Part shown: piece after piece, positions 39,745 to 48,774 of the stretch
How positions within the stretch are numbered: position 1 is the first letter of the stretch
Layout: the number at the start of each line of letters is the position of its first letter
From: Geopsychrobacteraceae bacterium
GTDB lineage: Bacteria; Desulfobacterota; Desulfuromonadia; Desulfuromonadales; Geopsychrobacteraceae
Direction of reading: 5' to 3'
NCBI GenBank assembly: GCA_963676795.2
Contig: CAXXTB010000002.1
Coordinates: 1,024,001 to 1,088,000 of the forward strand
Length of the DNA: 64,000 bases
Notes under the pieces: model-generated
What the model was told of the DNA's origin: nothing
What the model saw: the letters and a program-made list of their open reading frames with translations, nothing else
Database searches by the model: none
Translations under genes and position numbers: made by a program

Positions 39745-41010
39745 ATGAACTCGACTTTTTTGACTGGCTTATTTACCAACCTCGGTTTGAACGCTGAAAC
39801 AGCGGCACTGTTTTCCATGGCCTCAATCTTCCTGATTGTGCTTCTGGTGACGATCCTGATCACTCTGAAACTCAGGACTGTGATCGTTTCGCTTCTTTTG
39901 AAATGGATCCATAATAATAATTATTCGTTTGACGATCTGTTGGCGAACAATCGTGTCATCAATATCCTCAGCTGGTTTATTCCGCTGGTTGTCGCCAATA
40001 TTCTGCTCGACATGCTGGTACCGGCCGATCTGGCGATCTATGCCATAGCCAAACGTCTGTTCAAGGTTCTCTCGATATTTCTGATTGTCCTTGGCGTCAA
40101 TGGGCTGTTCGGGACGATCGTTGATATCGTCAGAATCAGACGCCCGAAGCGTGCCGAACTTCTTAAAGGGTTGGTCGATGCCGGGCGGATCGCCTGTTTT
40201 GTCCTCGGCATTATTTTTGTCGTTTCGGTGCTGAGCGGGGTGACTCCCTGGGGGATTGTTTCAGTGCTTGGCGGCTTGACGGCCGTGACCCTGCTGATCT
40301 TCAAGGATACGATCCTCGGCTTTGTCGCCAGCCTGCAGCTGTCGATGACCGACATGGTCCGCGTCGGCGACTGGATTGAGATGCCGTCCTATGGAGCCGA
40401 TGGCGATGTCATTGATATGTCGATCCATACGGTTCGAGTCCAGAACTGGGACAAGACGATCACCTCGATTCCGACTTACGCGCTGGTGTCCAATTCGTTC
40501 AAGAACTGGAGAGGAATGTCAGAATCGGGCGGGCGGCGGATCAAACGCTCCATGCTGATCGACATCAGCAGTATCCGTTTTTGCGACAGCGATATGCTGG
40601 CCAGGTTTGGCAAGATCGATTTTCTCAAAGACTACCTGAAACAGAAACAGGAGGAGATCGAGCAGTACAATCTGGGGTTGAACCACGAAGGTGGTGATGA
40701 GCTGCTGATCAACGGGCGCAGGCAGACCAATATCGGGGTTTTTCGCGCCTATGTTGTCGCTTATCTGCGCAACAATCCGCTGATCTCACAGGATATGACC
40801 TTTCTGGTCCGCCAGCTTCCTCCTGACGAAAAGGGGCTCCCACTGGAGATTTATGTTTTCAGCAAGGAACAGCGCTGGGCACATTACGAAGCGTTGCAGG
40901 CCGATATTTTCGATCATCTGCTGGCCGCTCTGCCGACCTTTGGCCTGAGGGTTTTTCAGAATCCGAGCGGCAATGATTTTGCAAAAGGTTTTCGCTCAGC
41001 GCCAGAATGA
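39745..41010 (+). CDS. MscS-family mechanosensitive channel (YbdG-like)
   Basis: FKDTILGFVAS, VGDWIEMP, VQNWDKTI, NWRGMSESGGRRIKRS, TNIGVFRAY, QADIFDHL. Confidence 0.9.
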   Translation: MNSTFLTGLFTNLGLNAETAALFSMASIFLIVLLVTILITLKLRTVIVSLLLKWIHNNNYSFDDLLANNRVINILSWFIPLVVANILLDMLVPADLAIYAIAKRLFKVLSIFLIVLGVNGLFGTIVDIVRIRRPKRAELLKGLVDAGRIACFVLGIIFVVSVLSGVTPWGIVSVLGGLTAVTLLIFKDTILGFVASLQLSMTDMVRVGDWIEMPSYGADGDVIDMSIHTVRVQNWDKTITSIPTYALVSNSFKNWRGMSESGGRRIKRSMLIDISSIRFCDSDMLARFGKIDFLKDYLKQKQEEIEQYNLGLNHEGGDELLINGRRQTNIGVFRAYVVAYLRNNPLISQDMTFLVRQLPPDEKGLPLEIYVFSKEQRWAHYEALQADIFDHLLAALPTFGLRVFQNPSGNDFAKGFRSAPE

Positions 41011-41077
41011 TAGTTCGGCCTGGTTTTGTCCGAATTGATCTATGTCATCAGGAGGAGTGGCGCTTTTTTGGGACAAA

Positions 41078-41452
41078 TCAACCGGGTTTTAATTTGTCGC
41101 GCAATGCGGCGAACGGCAAATGTGACAGTGCGGTTGACTTGTTCCGGTTCTCAAGATCATTGTCGCGCTGATCCTGAATGCCTCGCGTATGCTCATGTTC
41201 GTGGCAGTAGATGCACAACAGTTCCCAGTTACTGCCGTCGGGCGGATTGTTGTCGTGATTGTGATCCTTATGGTGGACCGTCAGTTCCCGGACATTTTTT
41301 CCTTCAAACTCTCTGGTGCAGCGGGCACAGACCCAAGGGAACAGCTTGAGTGCCTTTTCGCGGTAGCTGGCAGCACGTTGCCGTTCCTCTTTGATGATCG
41401 AATCGATCAGGGCCTGTTGCTCTGTGTCACTTCTTTTCCTGTCGCCGGCCAT
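41078..41452 (-). CDS. YajD-family HNH nuclease
   Basis: YREKALKLFPWVCARC, LTVHHKDHNHDNNPPDGSNWELLCIYCHEHEH. Confidence 0.88.
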   Translation of the reverse strand: MAGDRKRSDTEQQALIDSIIKEERQRAASYREKALKLFPWVCARCTREFEGKNVRELTVHHKDHNHDNNPPDGSNWELLCIYCHEHEHTRGIQDQRDNDLENRNKSTALSHLPFAALRDKLKPG

Positions 41453-41556
41453 GTCATATCCATTTCGTTTTTTCGTTCAGGGTCTTTACACAGCGTTCTT
41501 TCATTGATTAGCTTTATTATAATCAGTTTTGTTGCTCTTCTGCACGCGAGGTGACG

Positions 41557-42045
41557 ATGAATATTTACGATTTTGCAATGAAGATGGAACTGGATGGAAA
41601 GATTTTTTATGAAAATCTGGCCAGGAACTCAACTCATGAAGGGGTTCGCAGGATTTTTCTGGAACTCGCAGCCGACGAACAGAAACATTACGAGTTGTTT
41701 TATCGTATGAAAGAGAACAGTGGTGCGGGGAGGATGACTCAAAGCTCTGTGCTCGATCTGGCGAAAAATCTTTACTGCCAGATGGTTGCAGATCCTTCTG
41801 CGACACAGCTGCCGAAGAGTGATCTTGACGCCTATCGGCAGGCGATGAAGGCGGAACGGGAGAGTGCCTCCCTGTATCGTGACGCTGCCAGTAAAGAAAC
41901 GGATCCTGAAGTTCGTGAACTGCTCGTGAAAATCGCGGATGAAGAGGAGAAACATTTCAATATCATTGAAAATATCTATCTCTTTGTCAACGCACCGAAC
42001 GAATCGATGGTCTGGTCCGAATCGAATCCGCTTGATGAATATTGA
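41557..42045 (+). CDS. Ferritin-like (rubrerythrin-family) protein
   Basis: Duplicated di-iron half sites: AMKME...FY...DEQKH and AMKAE...LY...EEEKH. Confidence 0.85.
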   Translation: MNIYDFAMKMELDGKIFYENLARNSTHEGVRRIFLELAADEQKHYELFYRMKENSGAGRMTQSSVLDLAKNLYCQMVADPSATQLPKSDLDAYRQAMKAERESASLYRDAASKETDPEVRELLVKIADEEEKHFNIIENIYLFVNAPNESMVWSESNPLDEY

Positions 42046-42112
42046 GATCAAAAAAAATATAGAAGGACAGGATCTGAAATTTGATCTGATGATCTGATAT
42101 GACTCTGTAATT

Positions 42113-42150
42113 AAGGACGCCTGAGGAACCCCTCAGGCGTCCTTCTTTTA
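42113..42150. terminator. Terminator between convergent genes
   Basis: AAGGACGCCTGAGG-AACC-CCTCAGGCGTCCTT, a perfect 14-bp stem. Confidence 0.8.
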
Positions 42151-42162
42151 CCAGAGGATTGC

Positions 42163-43698
42163 TCAAGATGTCTGAAGTTTGTGGAAACAGTCCAACCAGC
42201 ACGCCCCTTTGTCTTCCTGATAATAATCAGCACTCTCCGCCTTAAAGCCAACCACCAGGGAGGCAATTTCCGTTTCAACCATACGGACAGCGCTGTTTAT
42301 CAGCTCCCTGCTGTAGTTTGCTGCTCCCAACTTCTCCAGCAGGTTCAAGGCTGAGACGCGACTTGTCAGCAGGCCCAGATCGTTCAGTTTGCGTTGCGAC
42401 AGATTGTCATGAACTGAGATATCGAGCAGCTTTTTCAGTCGATCCGCTGCCAGACTGGTCAGGTCCAGCAGGCTATAGGCTTTCAGCAGGTTGCTCTCTT
42501 TGAGCTTCTGCATCCTTTTCTGAATGGCTTCACCGATCTGAATATAGAGAATGTCGTTGGAACCTTCAAAGATCTGAAACGGTCGGCTGTCAACGATTGC
42601 CCGACCGGAAATGTGGTTTAAGCGGTATCCTTTGGCACCGACCAGCTGGAGCAGCGACTGTGCTGCATTTTGCATCAGGTCGGTGACGTAGGTCTTGACA
42701 CAGTTGGCTTCCAGTCCTTCCGTGGACAGGTCAATGTTGATGTCCGCCTTGAGAGAGCTGTTCAGGCACATGGCTGAGGCGATGGTTGTCGCGCCCTGGA
42801 TCTGGCTGATCCGCTGTTGAACCTGATCATAACTGAACAGGCTGCGTCCGCCAACATTGCGTTGTTGGCAGTGACTGACCGCTTCATCCAGCATCCTTTC
42901 GAGAAATCCCAGCCCCATGCCGGGAAACTGCATGCGGCTGCGATGCAGCAGGTCGAGCATCATTTTGATCCCGGTTGTCTTAGGCACAAGTTTCTGCTGT
43001 TTGGGGATCTTGACGTCGATTTTGTTGCGCCCGTAAGGGAGCAGATAGATACCTAGATTTTCATAGTATTCCTCGACGACGATGTTCTGCCCAGGTTGGC
43101 TGACATCGCAGATGAAAAAGTCGATGTCGCGACCAAGTCCTCCATCGGCAGTTTGACGGCGGGCCGTCAGCAGCCAGTAGTCGGCCCAACCGGTCAGACC
43201 GGCCCAGTGCTTTGTGCCCTGAAGGTGATAGTCGTTTTCAGATTCGGTGTAAAATGTTTTCATGTGCAGGGCGTCACTGCCATAATCGGGTTCGGTGATC
43301 ATCAGGCCACCCATTTTCCGCTGGGTCAGAAAGTTGGTCAGAATATTCTGGCGGGTTTCTTCCGGGGCATACTTACCAACAGGTTGCAGAAACAGGGCCC
43401 AATTGATCCCAAATCCGAGGCTTAAGGGGAGCGACTCGTAACTGGTGGCAGAGAGCAGGGCGAGTCCCTCGTTTATCTTGCCGCCACGGCCGCCATACTG
43501 GTCGGAAACAAAGGTCGAAAGAGGATTATCGGCCATGATCTCGCGGAGGAAGAACGGGGGCATGCCGCGTTTGGTGCTGAGTTCGTCGATGTTGCTGCGG
43601 ATGTGAAAAAGGTGATGTAGTTTTTCTCTGAAGCCCTGGAGAAAAGTTGAAAATGGCTGCTGGCTCAAGTGGTCAGCAGTGCTGCCAGTCTGGTTCAT
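42163..43698 (-). CDS. Acyl-CoA dehydrogenase family protein
   Basis: LMITEPDYGSD, GTKHWAG, QLVGAKGY, QIFEGSNDIL (catalytic-Glu motif). Confidence 0.88.
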   Translation of the reverse strand: MNQTGSTADHLSQQPFSTFLQGFREKLHHLFHIRSNIDELSTKRGMPPFFLREIMADNPLSTFVSDQYGGRGGKINEGLALLSATSYESLPLSLGFGINWALFLQPVGKYAPEETRQNILTNFLTQRKMGGLMITEPDYGSDALHMKTFYTESENDYHLQGTKHWAGLTGWADYWLLTARRQTADGGLGRDIDFFICDVSQPGQNIVVEEYYENLGIYLLPYGRNKIDVKIPKQQKLVPKTTGIKMMLDLLHRSRMQFPGMGLGFLERMLDEAVSHCQQRNVGGRSLFSYDQVQQRISQIQGATTIASAMCLNSSLKADINIDLSTEGLEANCVKTYVTDLMQNAAQSLLQLVGAKGYRLNHISGRAIVDSRPFQIFEGSNDILYIQIGEAIQKRMQKLKESNLLKAYSLLDLTSLAADRLKKLLDISVHDNLSQRKLNDLGLLTSRVSALNLLEKLGAANYSRELINSAVRMVETEIASLVVGFKAESADYYQEDKGACWLDCFHKLQTS

Positions 43699-43758
43699 TT
43701 AAGTATGCTCCTTTGCCTGCGTTGTGCTTTCTTGAGTAGGTAGATAAAGAAGCATAAC

Positions 43759-43788
43759 AAAAAGCCCCGGTTCAAGTGAACCGGGGCT
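43759..43788 (-). terminator. Intrinsic terminator upstream of the acyl-CoA dehydrogenase gene
   Basis: Minus strand AGCCCCGGTTC-ACTT-GAACCGGGGCTTTTTG. Confidence 0.85.
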
Positions 43789-43839
43789 CTTCATTTTTCT
43801 GAATGAGTTAGTGAAAGTTAAGACTTGTTAGACTTCCAG

Positions 43840-43881
43840 TTAACTAATTGTTACAAGCTGTGGCGGCTCTGAAACTGTCAT
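43840..43881 (-). CDS. Putative small ORF or leader peptide MTVSEPPQLVTIS
   Basis: AAGGAGGAAACC-ATG, 13 codons, TAA; candidate promoter TTGCTT-N18-TAGTAT at 43944-43915. Confidence 0.45.
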   Translation of the reverse strand: MTVSEPPQLVTIS

Positions 43882-43962
43882 GGTTTCCTCCTTGCTTGTT
43901 GTCGATGTAAATTCATACTATCACCCGGGTTGCCCCGAAAGCAAGAGAGCCGCAGCAGTTTT

Positions 43963-45435
43963 TTAGACAATGGCTTTCATGCCGTGCATTTCGCCACGCA
44001 GGTACTCGCCGACTTCTTCGACCAGGGTCGAACGGATCTCGCGGTTGACTTCAACCAGGGTCTGATTGTCGACGCCGTTGTCCTTGACATCAAGGCCTTT
44101 ACCGATAACGTCGAGGTCAACTGCGGCCATGAAGTCCTTGAGCAGCGGCACACATGCATGGGAGAACAGGTAGCAGCCGTACTCAGCGGTATCGGAGATG
44201 ATCCGGTTCATCTCGTAGAGTTTCTTACGGGCGATGGTGTTGGCAATCAGCGGAGTTTCGTGGAGAGATTCGTAGTAAGCGGACTCAGGCTCGATCCCGG
44301 CAGCAACCATGGTATCGAAGGCAAGCTCAACGCCGGCCTTGACCATAGCGACCATGAGAATCCCTTTGTCGAAATATTCCTGCTCGCTGATCTCGCCTTT
44401 GGCTTCGGTCTTTTCAAAGGCGGTCTGGCCGGTCTGCTCACGCCAGCCGAGCAATTTGACGTCGTCGTTGGCCCAGTCTTCCATCATGACGCGGGAGAAC
44501 TCGCCGGAGAGGATGTCGTCCATGTGCTTCTGGAAGAGTGGCTCCATCAGCTCCTTCAGCTCTTCGGACAGCTCGAATGCGAGGATTTTAGCCGGGTTGG
44601 AAAGACGGTCCATCATGTTGGTGATACCACCGTGCTTGAGAGCTTCGGTGATGGTCTCCCAGCCTTTTTGTAGCAGCTGTACAGCCCAGGCGGCGTCAAC
44701 GCCGTTTTCGACCATCTTGTCGAAGCAGAGCAGGGAACCGGCCTGGAGCATACCGCAGAGGATGGTCTGCTCGCCCATCAGGTCAGATTTGACTTCGGCA
44801 ACGAAGGAGGATTCAAGAACGCCGGCACGGTCACCACCCTGTGCGGAACAGAGGGCTTTCGCGATTTCCAGGCCATCGCCGTTCGGATCATTTTCGGTGT
44901 GAACAGCGATCAGGGTCGGAACACCGAAACCGCGCTTGTATTCTTCACGAACCTCGGAACCCGGGCACTTCGGAGCAACCATGACAACGGTCAGGTCTTC
45001 ACGGATCTGGGTGCCTTCCTCAACGATGTTGAAGCCGTGTGCGTAGGTGAAGACAGCGCTCTGCTTCATCAGCGGAATCACGGTTTTTACAACGTCGGTG
45101 TGCTGCTTGTCGGGAGCGAGGTTCATAACGATGTCAGCAGTTGGCAGCATCTCTTCGTAGGTGCCGACCTTGAAGCCGTTGTCGGTCGCGTTGATGTAGG
45201 ACTGACGCTTCTGCTCGATCGCTTCCTTACGCAGGGTATAGGAGACGTCAAGACCGCTGTCGCGCATGTTCAGCCCCTGGTTCAGACCCTGGGCGCCACA
45301 ACCGACGATAACGATTTTTTTACCTTTGACGTATTCGCAGCCGTTGGAAAATTCGGCAGCATCCATGAAACGGCAGGTTGCCAGTTCCTGCAGTTTGCGG
45401 GAAAAAGGCAGTGAGTTGAAATAATTTTCAGCCAT
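43963..45435 (-). CDS. ilvC: Ketol-acid reductoisomerase, long (class II) form
   Basis: 490 aa; [45 protein letters not shown], duplicated C-domain YYESLHE...ISDTAEYG. Confidence 0.96.
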   Translation of the reverse strand: MAENYFNSLPFSRKLQELATCRFMDAAEFSNGCEYVKGKKIVIVGCGAQGLNQGLNMRDSGLDVSYTLRKEAIEQKRQSYINATDNGFKVGTYEEMLPTADIVMNLAPDKQHTDVVKTVIPLMKQSAVFTYAHGFNIVEEGTQIREDLTVVMVAPKCPGSEVREEYKRGFGVPTLIAVHTENDPNGDGLEIAKALCSAQGGDRAGVLESSFVAEVKSDLMGEQTILCGMLQAGSLLCFDKMVENGVDAAWAVQLLQKGWETITEALKHGGITNMMDRLSNPAKILAFELSEELKELMEPLFQKHMDDILSGEFSRVMMEDWANDDVKLLGWREQTGQTAFEKTEAKGEISEQEYFDKGILMVAMVKAGVELAFDTMVAAGIEPESAYYESLHETPLIANTIARKKLYEMNRIISDTAEYGCYLFSHACVPLLKDFMAAVDLDVIGKGLDVKDNGVDNQTLVEVNREIRSTLVEEVGEYLRGEMHGMKAIV

Positions 45436-45511
45436 GATGATCTCCTTTGATTGTATGTGAGAGGGATTGGTTGATTATTTTTGAGCGTCGCCAATTTACC
45501 CTTAAGTTGTC

Positions 45512-45553
45512 ATTGCGTAAATTGATTTATTTTGTATAGTGTATTGCGTAAAT
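45512..45553. promoter_or_regulatory. Tandem IlvY operator pair in the ilvC-ilvY divergent region
   Basis: ATTGCGTAAAT at 45512 and 45543, 31 bp apart; minus strand ATCAATTTACGCAAT resembles the E. coli ilvC O2 operator as recalled. Confidence 0.7.
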
Positions 45554-45569
45554 AGAAACAGTGGGTGCC

Positions 45570-46451
45570 ATGGATATTCAGCAACTCAAAATCTTCATAA
45601 CTCTGGCCGAACAGTTACATTTCGGCAGGGCAAGTCACTTAAGTCATTTGAGCCCGTCGGCGTTGACCCGCACTGTTCAGCGCCTGGAGGAGGAGCTTGG
45701 GAAACCGCTGTTTTTGCGGGACAAGCGCAGTGTGCAGCTGACGGCTGCCGGAGAGCAGTTTCTTACCTATGCCAGACAAGCTGTCAGCGATTACCGTGAT
45801 ATACAGTTGTCTTTGAGCGGTCAGCAACAGGTCGGTGGCGTGCTGTCGCTCTATGCATCCATCACAGCAGTATATAGTATCCTGCCCGATTTGCTTGAAG
45901 CCTGTCGTAACAGCTATCCGGAGATACAGTTGGAGTTGCGCACTGGTGCGGCTGAAACGGCGGTCGCACAGGTTGAAAAAGGGGAGATCGATATCGCTGT
46001 AGCTGCAGTTCCAGAACGGCGCAGCTCGGCGCTTGAATTTCTGCCGATCATGCGTACGCCATTGGTTTTTATCGCCGGTCGTAATCTGGCCGAACAGCTC
46101 AATCAGAATTCAGAACTTGACCTGGCCCGCTTGCCTCTGGTTGTCCCGCAGTCAGGGTTGTCACGACGCAGACTTGAAAAATGGTTGAAGAAGAATCATG
46201 TGGTTCCCCAGATCAGTTGTGAAGTGTCCGGAAATGAGGCGATTATTCCGATGGTTCATCTTGGCGGTGGCGTGGGGATCGTGCCGCAACTGGTGCTTGA
46301 ACGTAACCCGTTTCGGGAGCAGGTTGTCGTGTTGGAAAAGGCTCCGGAACTGGAGCCTTATGTCGTTGGTCTCTGCTGCAGCCATAAGAATCTGCAGAAA
46401 AGCTGTGCCCGGGCCTTTTGGGCTCTTGCCGAATCGCGTCTGAATCTTTAA
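45570..46451 (+). CDS. ilvY: LysR-family activator IlvY
   Basis: LHFGRAS..SHLSPSALTRTVQRLEEELG, SITAVYS, VSGNEAI; divergent from ilvC. Confidence 0.88.
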   Translation: MDIQQLKIFITLAEQLHFGRASHLSHLSPSALTRTVQRLEEELGKPLFLRDKRSVQLTAAGEQFLTYARQAVSDYRDIQLSLSGQQQVGGVLSLYASITAVYSILPDLLEACRNSYPEIQLELRTGAAETAVAQVEKGEIDIAVAAVPERRSSALEFLPIMRTPLVFIAGRNLAEQLNQNSELDLARLPLVVPQSGLSRRRLEKWLKKNHVVPQISCEVSGNEAIIPMVHLGGGVGIVPQLVLERNPFREQVVVLEKAPELEPYVVGLCCSHKNLQKSCARAFWALAESRLNL

Positions 46452-46681
46452 TACTCGTTTTTCAGGGCGGTAATATCGTCAAGTACTTCATCTTCAACCG
46501 GAAAAAAACCGGTCTCATTTTTTGAGTGGATCAGTTTGTTGTCGACAAATACCTCGAATACACCCCCTCTGGATGGAATCAGCTCAGCTACGATGTCGAA
46601 TTCATTTTTGATTTTAGCCGCCAGACTGACAGCTCTGGGTTTGTAGCTTCAGCGATTGCAGTATTCGATGATTATTTTCAT
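46448..46681 (-). CDS. SelW/SelT/SelH (Rdx family) selenoprotein, CxxU
   Basis: AGGAG RBS; MKIIIEYCNR-U(TGA 46651-46649)-SYKPRAVSLAAKIK...ELIPSRGGVFEVFVDNKLIHSK...FFP...Y*; SECIS-like hairpin just downstream of the UGA. Confidence 0.88.
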
Positions 46682-46696
46682 GACCAATCTCCTTGC

Positions 46697-47365
46697 CTAG
46701 AACAGATTTCCCGTCTCACCCAGCGGACTTTTATGTGAGTTTTCTGCTTCCTGCCTGAGGAATTGAGCCGCCTGTTCCTTTGGGGTTTTTAAGAATTTTT
46801 TTATCAGGTCAAAAGAGACCGATTCATAGCCGAACTCTTTTTTTATATCTTCAAGCATAGCGACCCAGAGTGCAGCTGTCATCTCCGCATCGGCCGAAGC
46901 ACGATGAAATTGACCATTGACGGGGATACTTTTGTAACGGATGAGGGTTTCCAGTTTGTAGTTGATGACATCCGGATAGATCCGTTTGGCCACCTGCAGC
47001 GTACAACCGAAATTCAGTGGCCTTGGGCGACCAAGCAGGTTAATTTCAGATTCAAGAAACTTCTGATCGAAGGAGGCATTGTGAGCGATCAGCGGGTCGC
47101 TGCTGACGAAGCTCAGAAACTCCCCAAAGACCTTTTCCGCGGCCGGGGCATTGACCAGCATCTGGTTGTTGATACCGGTGATGTTTTCAATCTCCCTGGT
47201 GATGAGAAATCCGGGGTTGATAAGCGCTTCAAAGCGGTCAACGACCTGCTGCCCTGAAAGCTTGACGGCACCGATTTCAATAACCCTGTCTCCTTTGTCG
47301 GGGTACATACCGGTTGTTTCGAAATCGACGACGATGATGGTTTCATGGTGGCTGAATAGATTCAA
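46697..47365 (-). CDS. DEDDh 3'-5' exonuclease (DNA polymerase III epsilon-like)
   Basis: VVDFETTG, IEIGAV, AHNASFD, HRASADA; TTG start. Confidence 0.88.
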   Translation of the reverse strand: MNLFSHHETIIVVDFETTGMYPDKGDRVIEIGAVKLSGQQVVDRFEALINPGFLITREIENITGINNQMLVNAPAAEKVFGEFLSFVSSDPLIAHNASFDQKFLESEINLLGRPRPLNFGCTLQVAKRIYPDVINYKLETLIRYKSIPVNGQFHRASADAEMTAALWVAMLEDIKKEFGYESVSFDLIKKFLKTPKEQAAQFLRQEAENSHKSPLGETGNLF

Positions 47366-47699
47366 GATACAATCCTTTTGCAGAGGTGATATACATGGAT
47401 TGTCGCCAGGATGATATTCAAAGTCAATATCAGTCTATGTGGTACCTCTTAATAAAATCCATCGTTCAGGGAGAAACTTCGAATATATCGGCTTCTGGTT
47501 GCTGGTCTGTGAGAAGTGTAGTCCGGGCTGAAGATTGGAATATGTCCGGGCAGGGCATGCACGGGTTTTGTGAGCTGTTATGACTAATTCGCCCTCCCCG
47601 GAATTTTGAAAGCGGGGAGGGCGGCTGTAAGTCGGCTGCCCCAAATCATTCTTTGCTAGAAGGGGCCTAGGTTATTACGATTCCAAGCGTGAGGTTTGC

Positions 47700-48536
47700 T
47701 TACTTCATGCGCTTGCGACCATAGAATGCCAAACCTGCCAAGCCGGCACCCAGAAGCAGGATCGTGCTCGGTTCTGGTACTGGTTCAACGCCACCGTTGC
47801 CGCCGGTGCCACCACTACCGGCGGTACAGATGATCTGCTCAAGGTAGGTGGCAACATCGGTCCCGTCTCCTTGTTGTAGATATGCACCACCTGTATCGCC
47901 AAAGAGATAGCCACCACCGGAGCCGCCGGTCGCCATTGTTTCGAAAATCTCAGGCACCAAAGGATATGGGTCATCGGTTACCCACGAAAACAGGAAGATG
48001 TCGTTGTTGATAACAGTCTGGTTTGCCAGGTATGCGGCATCCCAGTCGTCCTGGTAAACATAAGCGCCGTTTTCAGTGCCCTCGTCACCGATTGTGACAA
48101 TGGCTTTGTAGTAATCCTGATCCGCAGTGCTGTCATCGTTCCAGTTGTACCACAGCGCCAGGTCGGTAACAGCTGGTCCATTGTCCTCAGAAGAATTTGA
48201 TACAGGTGTGCCGCCTGCACCATAAACCATTGAGGTAACGGTTTCATTGAATATTCCATAGTTATAGGTGATACTCATGAAGTTTGCTCTGACATAGACA
48301 TCACAGTCTGGACATTCGAGATTCTGTATGGTCGTTTCAGCAACTGCACCAATCGCATCAATGTCATCATACATACTGCCGCTGGTATCGATGACGAAAA
48401 CAATGTCAAGAATGTCATCTGCCGAGGCTTGGTCCACGGCGTCTCCGCCGGTTATGAATGTGGCGCTGGCATTTGTTAAGAAAATCGACATCACAAGGAG
48501 TGGTAAGGATAAGAGACACAACAATTTTGTTTTCAT
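47700..48536 (-). CDS. PEP-CTERM sorting-domain protein with a vWA (MIDAS) domain
   Basis: Signal peptide; DIVFVIDTSGSM; Gly-rich linker; VPEPSTILLLGAGLAGLAFYGRKRMK; GGAGG RBS. Confidence 0.9.
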   Translation of the reverse strand: MKTKLLCLLSLPLLVMSIFLTNASATFITGGDAVDQASADDILDIVFVIDTSGSMYDDIDAIGAVAETTIQNLECPDCDVYVRANFMSITYNYGIFNETVTSMVYGAGGTPVSNSSEDNGPAVTDLALWYNWNDDSTADQDYYKAIVTIGDEGTENGAYVYQDDWDAAYLANQTVINNDIFLFSWVTDDPYPLVPEIFETMATGGSGGGYLFGDTGGAYLQQGDGTDVATYLEQIICTAGSGGTGGNGGVEPVPEPSTILLLGAGLAGLAFYGRKRMK

Positions 48537-48631
48537 TTGGTTACCTCCCTGCTTGATGGTAGTGTGATCAGGCTTGATTTTTATGAACCTCCTTTTCTGT
48601 TGACAGCTGATCATGTTTTTAAGACATAAGA

Positions 48632-48647
48632 AGCATCAAATGTGCCA
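48632..48647 (-). promoter_or_regulatory. Sigma54 (-24/-12) promoter of the PEP-CTERM gene
   Basis: Minus strand TGGCACATTTGATGCT with correctly spaced GG and GC. Confidence 0.75.
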
Positions 48648-48774
48648 TTCTTGTTATCTCAATGGTAACGGAATGTTGTGTCACGTTATGCTTTTGTGTC
48701 TGTTAAGTGTAAGATTTATCGACGTTATTTTTTGAGGTCTAGACAACTGTTTTATTAATTTTTCTGTGATGTGA

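Noticed and set aside
41078..41452. HNH nuclease as a mobile element or defence system
   Set aside because: Matches the small, widespread chromosomal YajD pattern; no intron, methylase or partner gene adjacent.
46526..46738. 70-aa plus-strand ORF
   Set aside because: Antisense to the selenoprotein, which has RBS, family motifs and SECIS-like support.
47392..47405. Second WYL-like box (minus strand GACA-ATCCA-TGTA) upstream of the exonuclease
   Set aside because: One mismatch and no -10-like element at the N10 spacing; too weak without a genome-wide profile.
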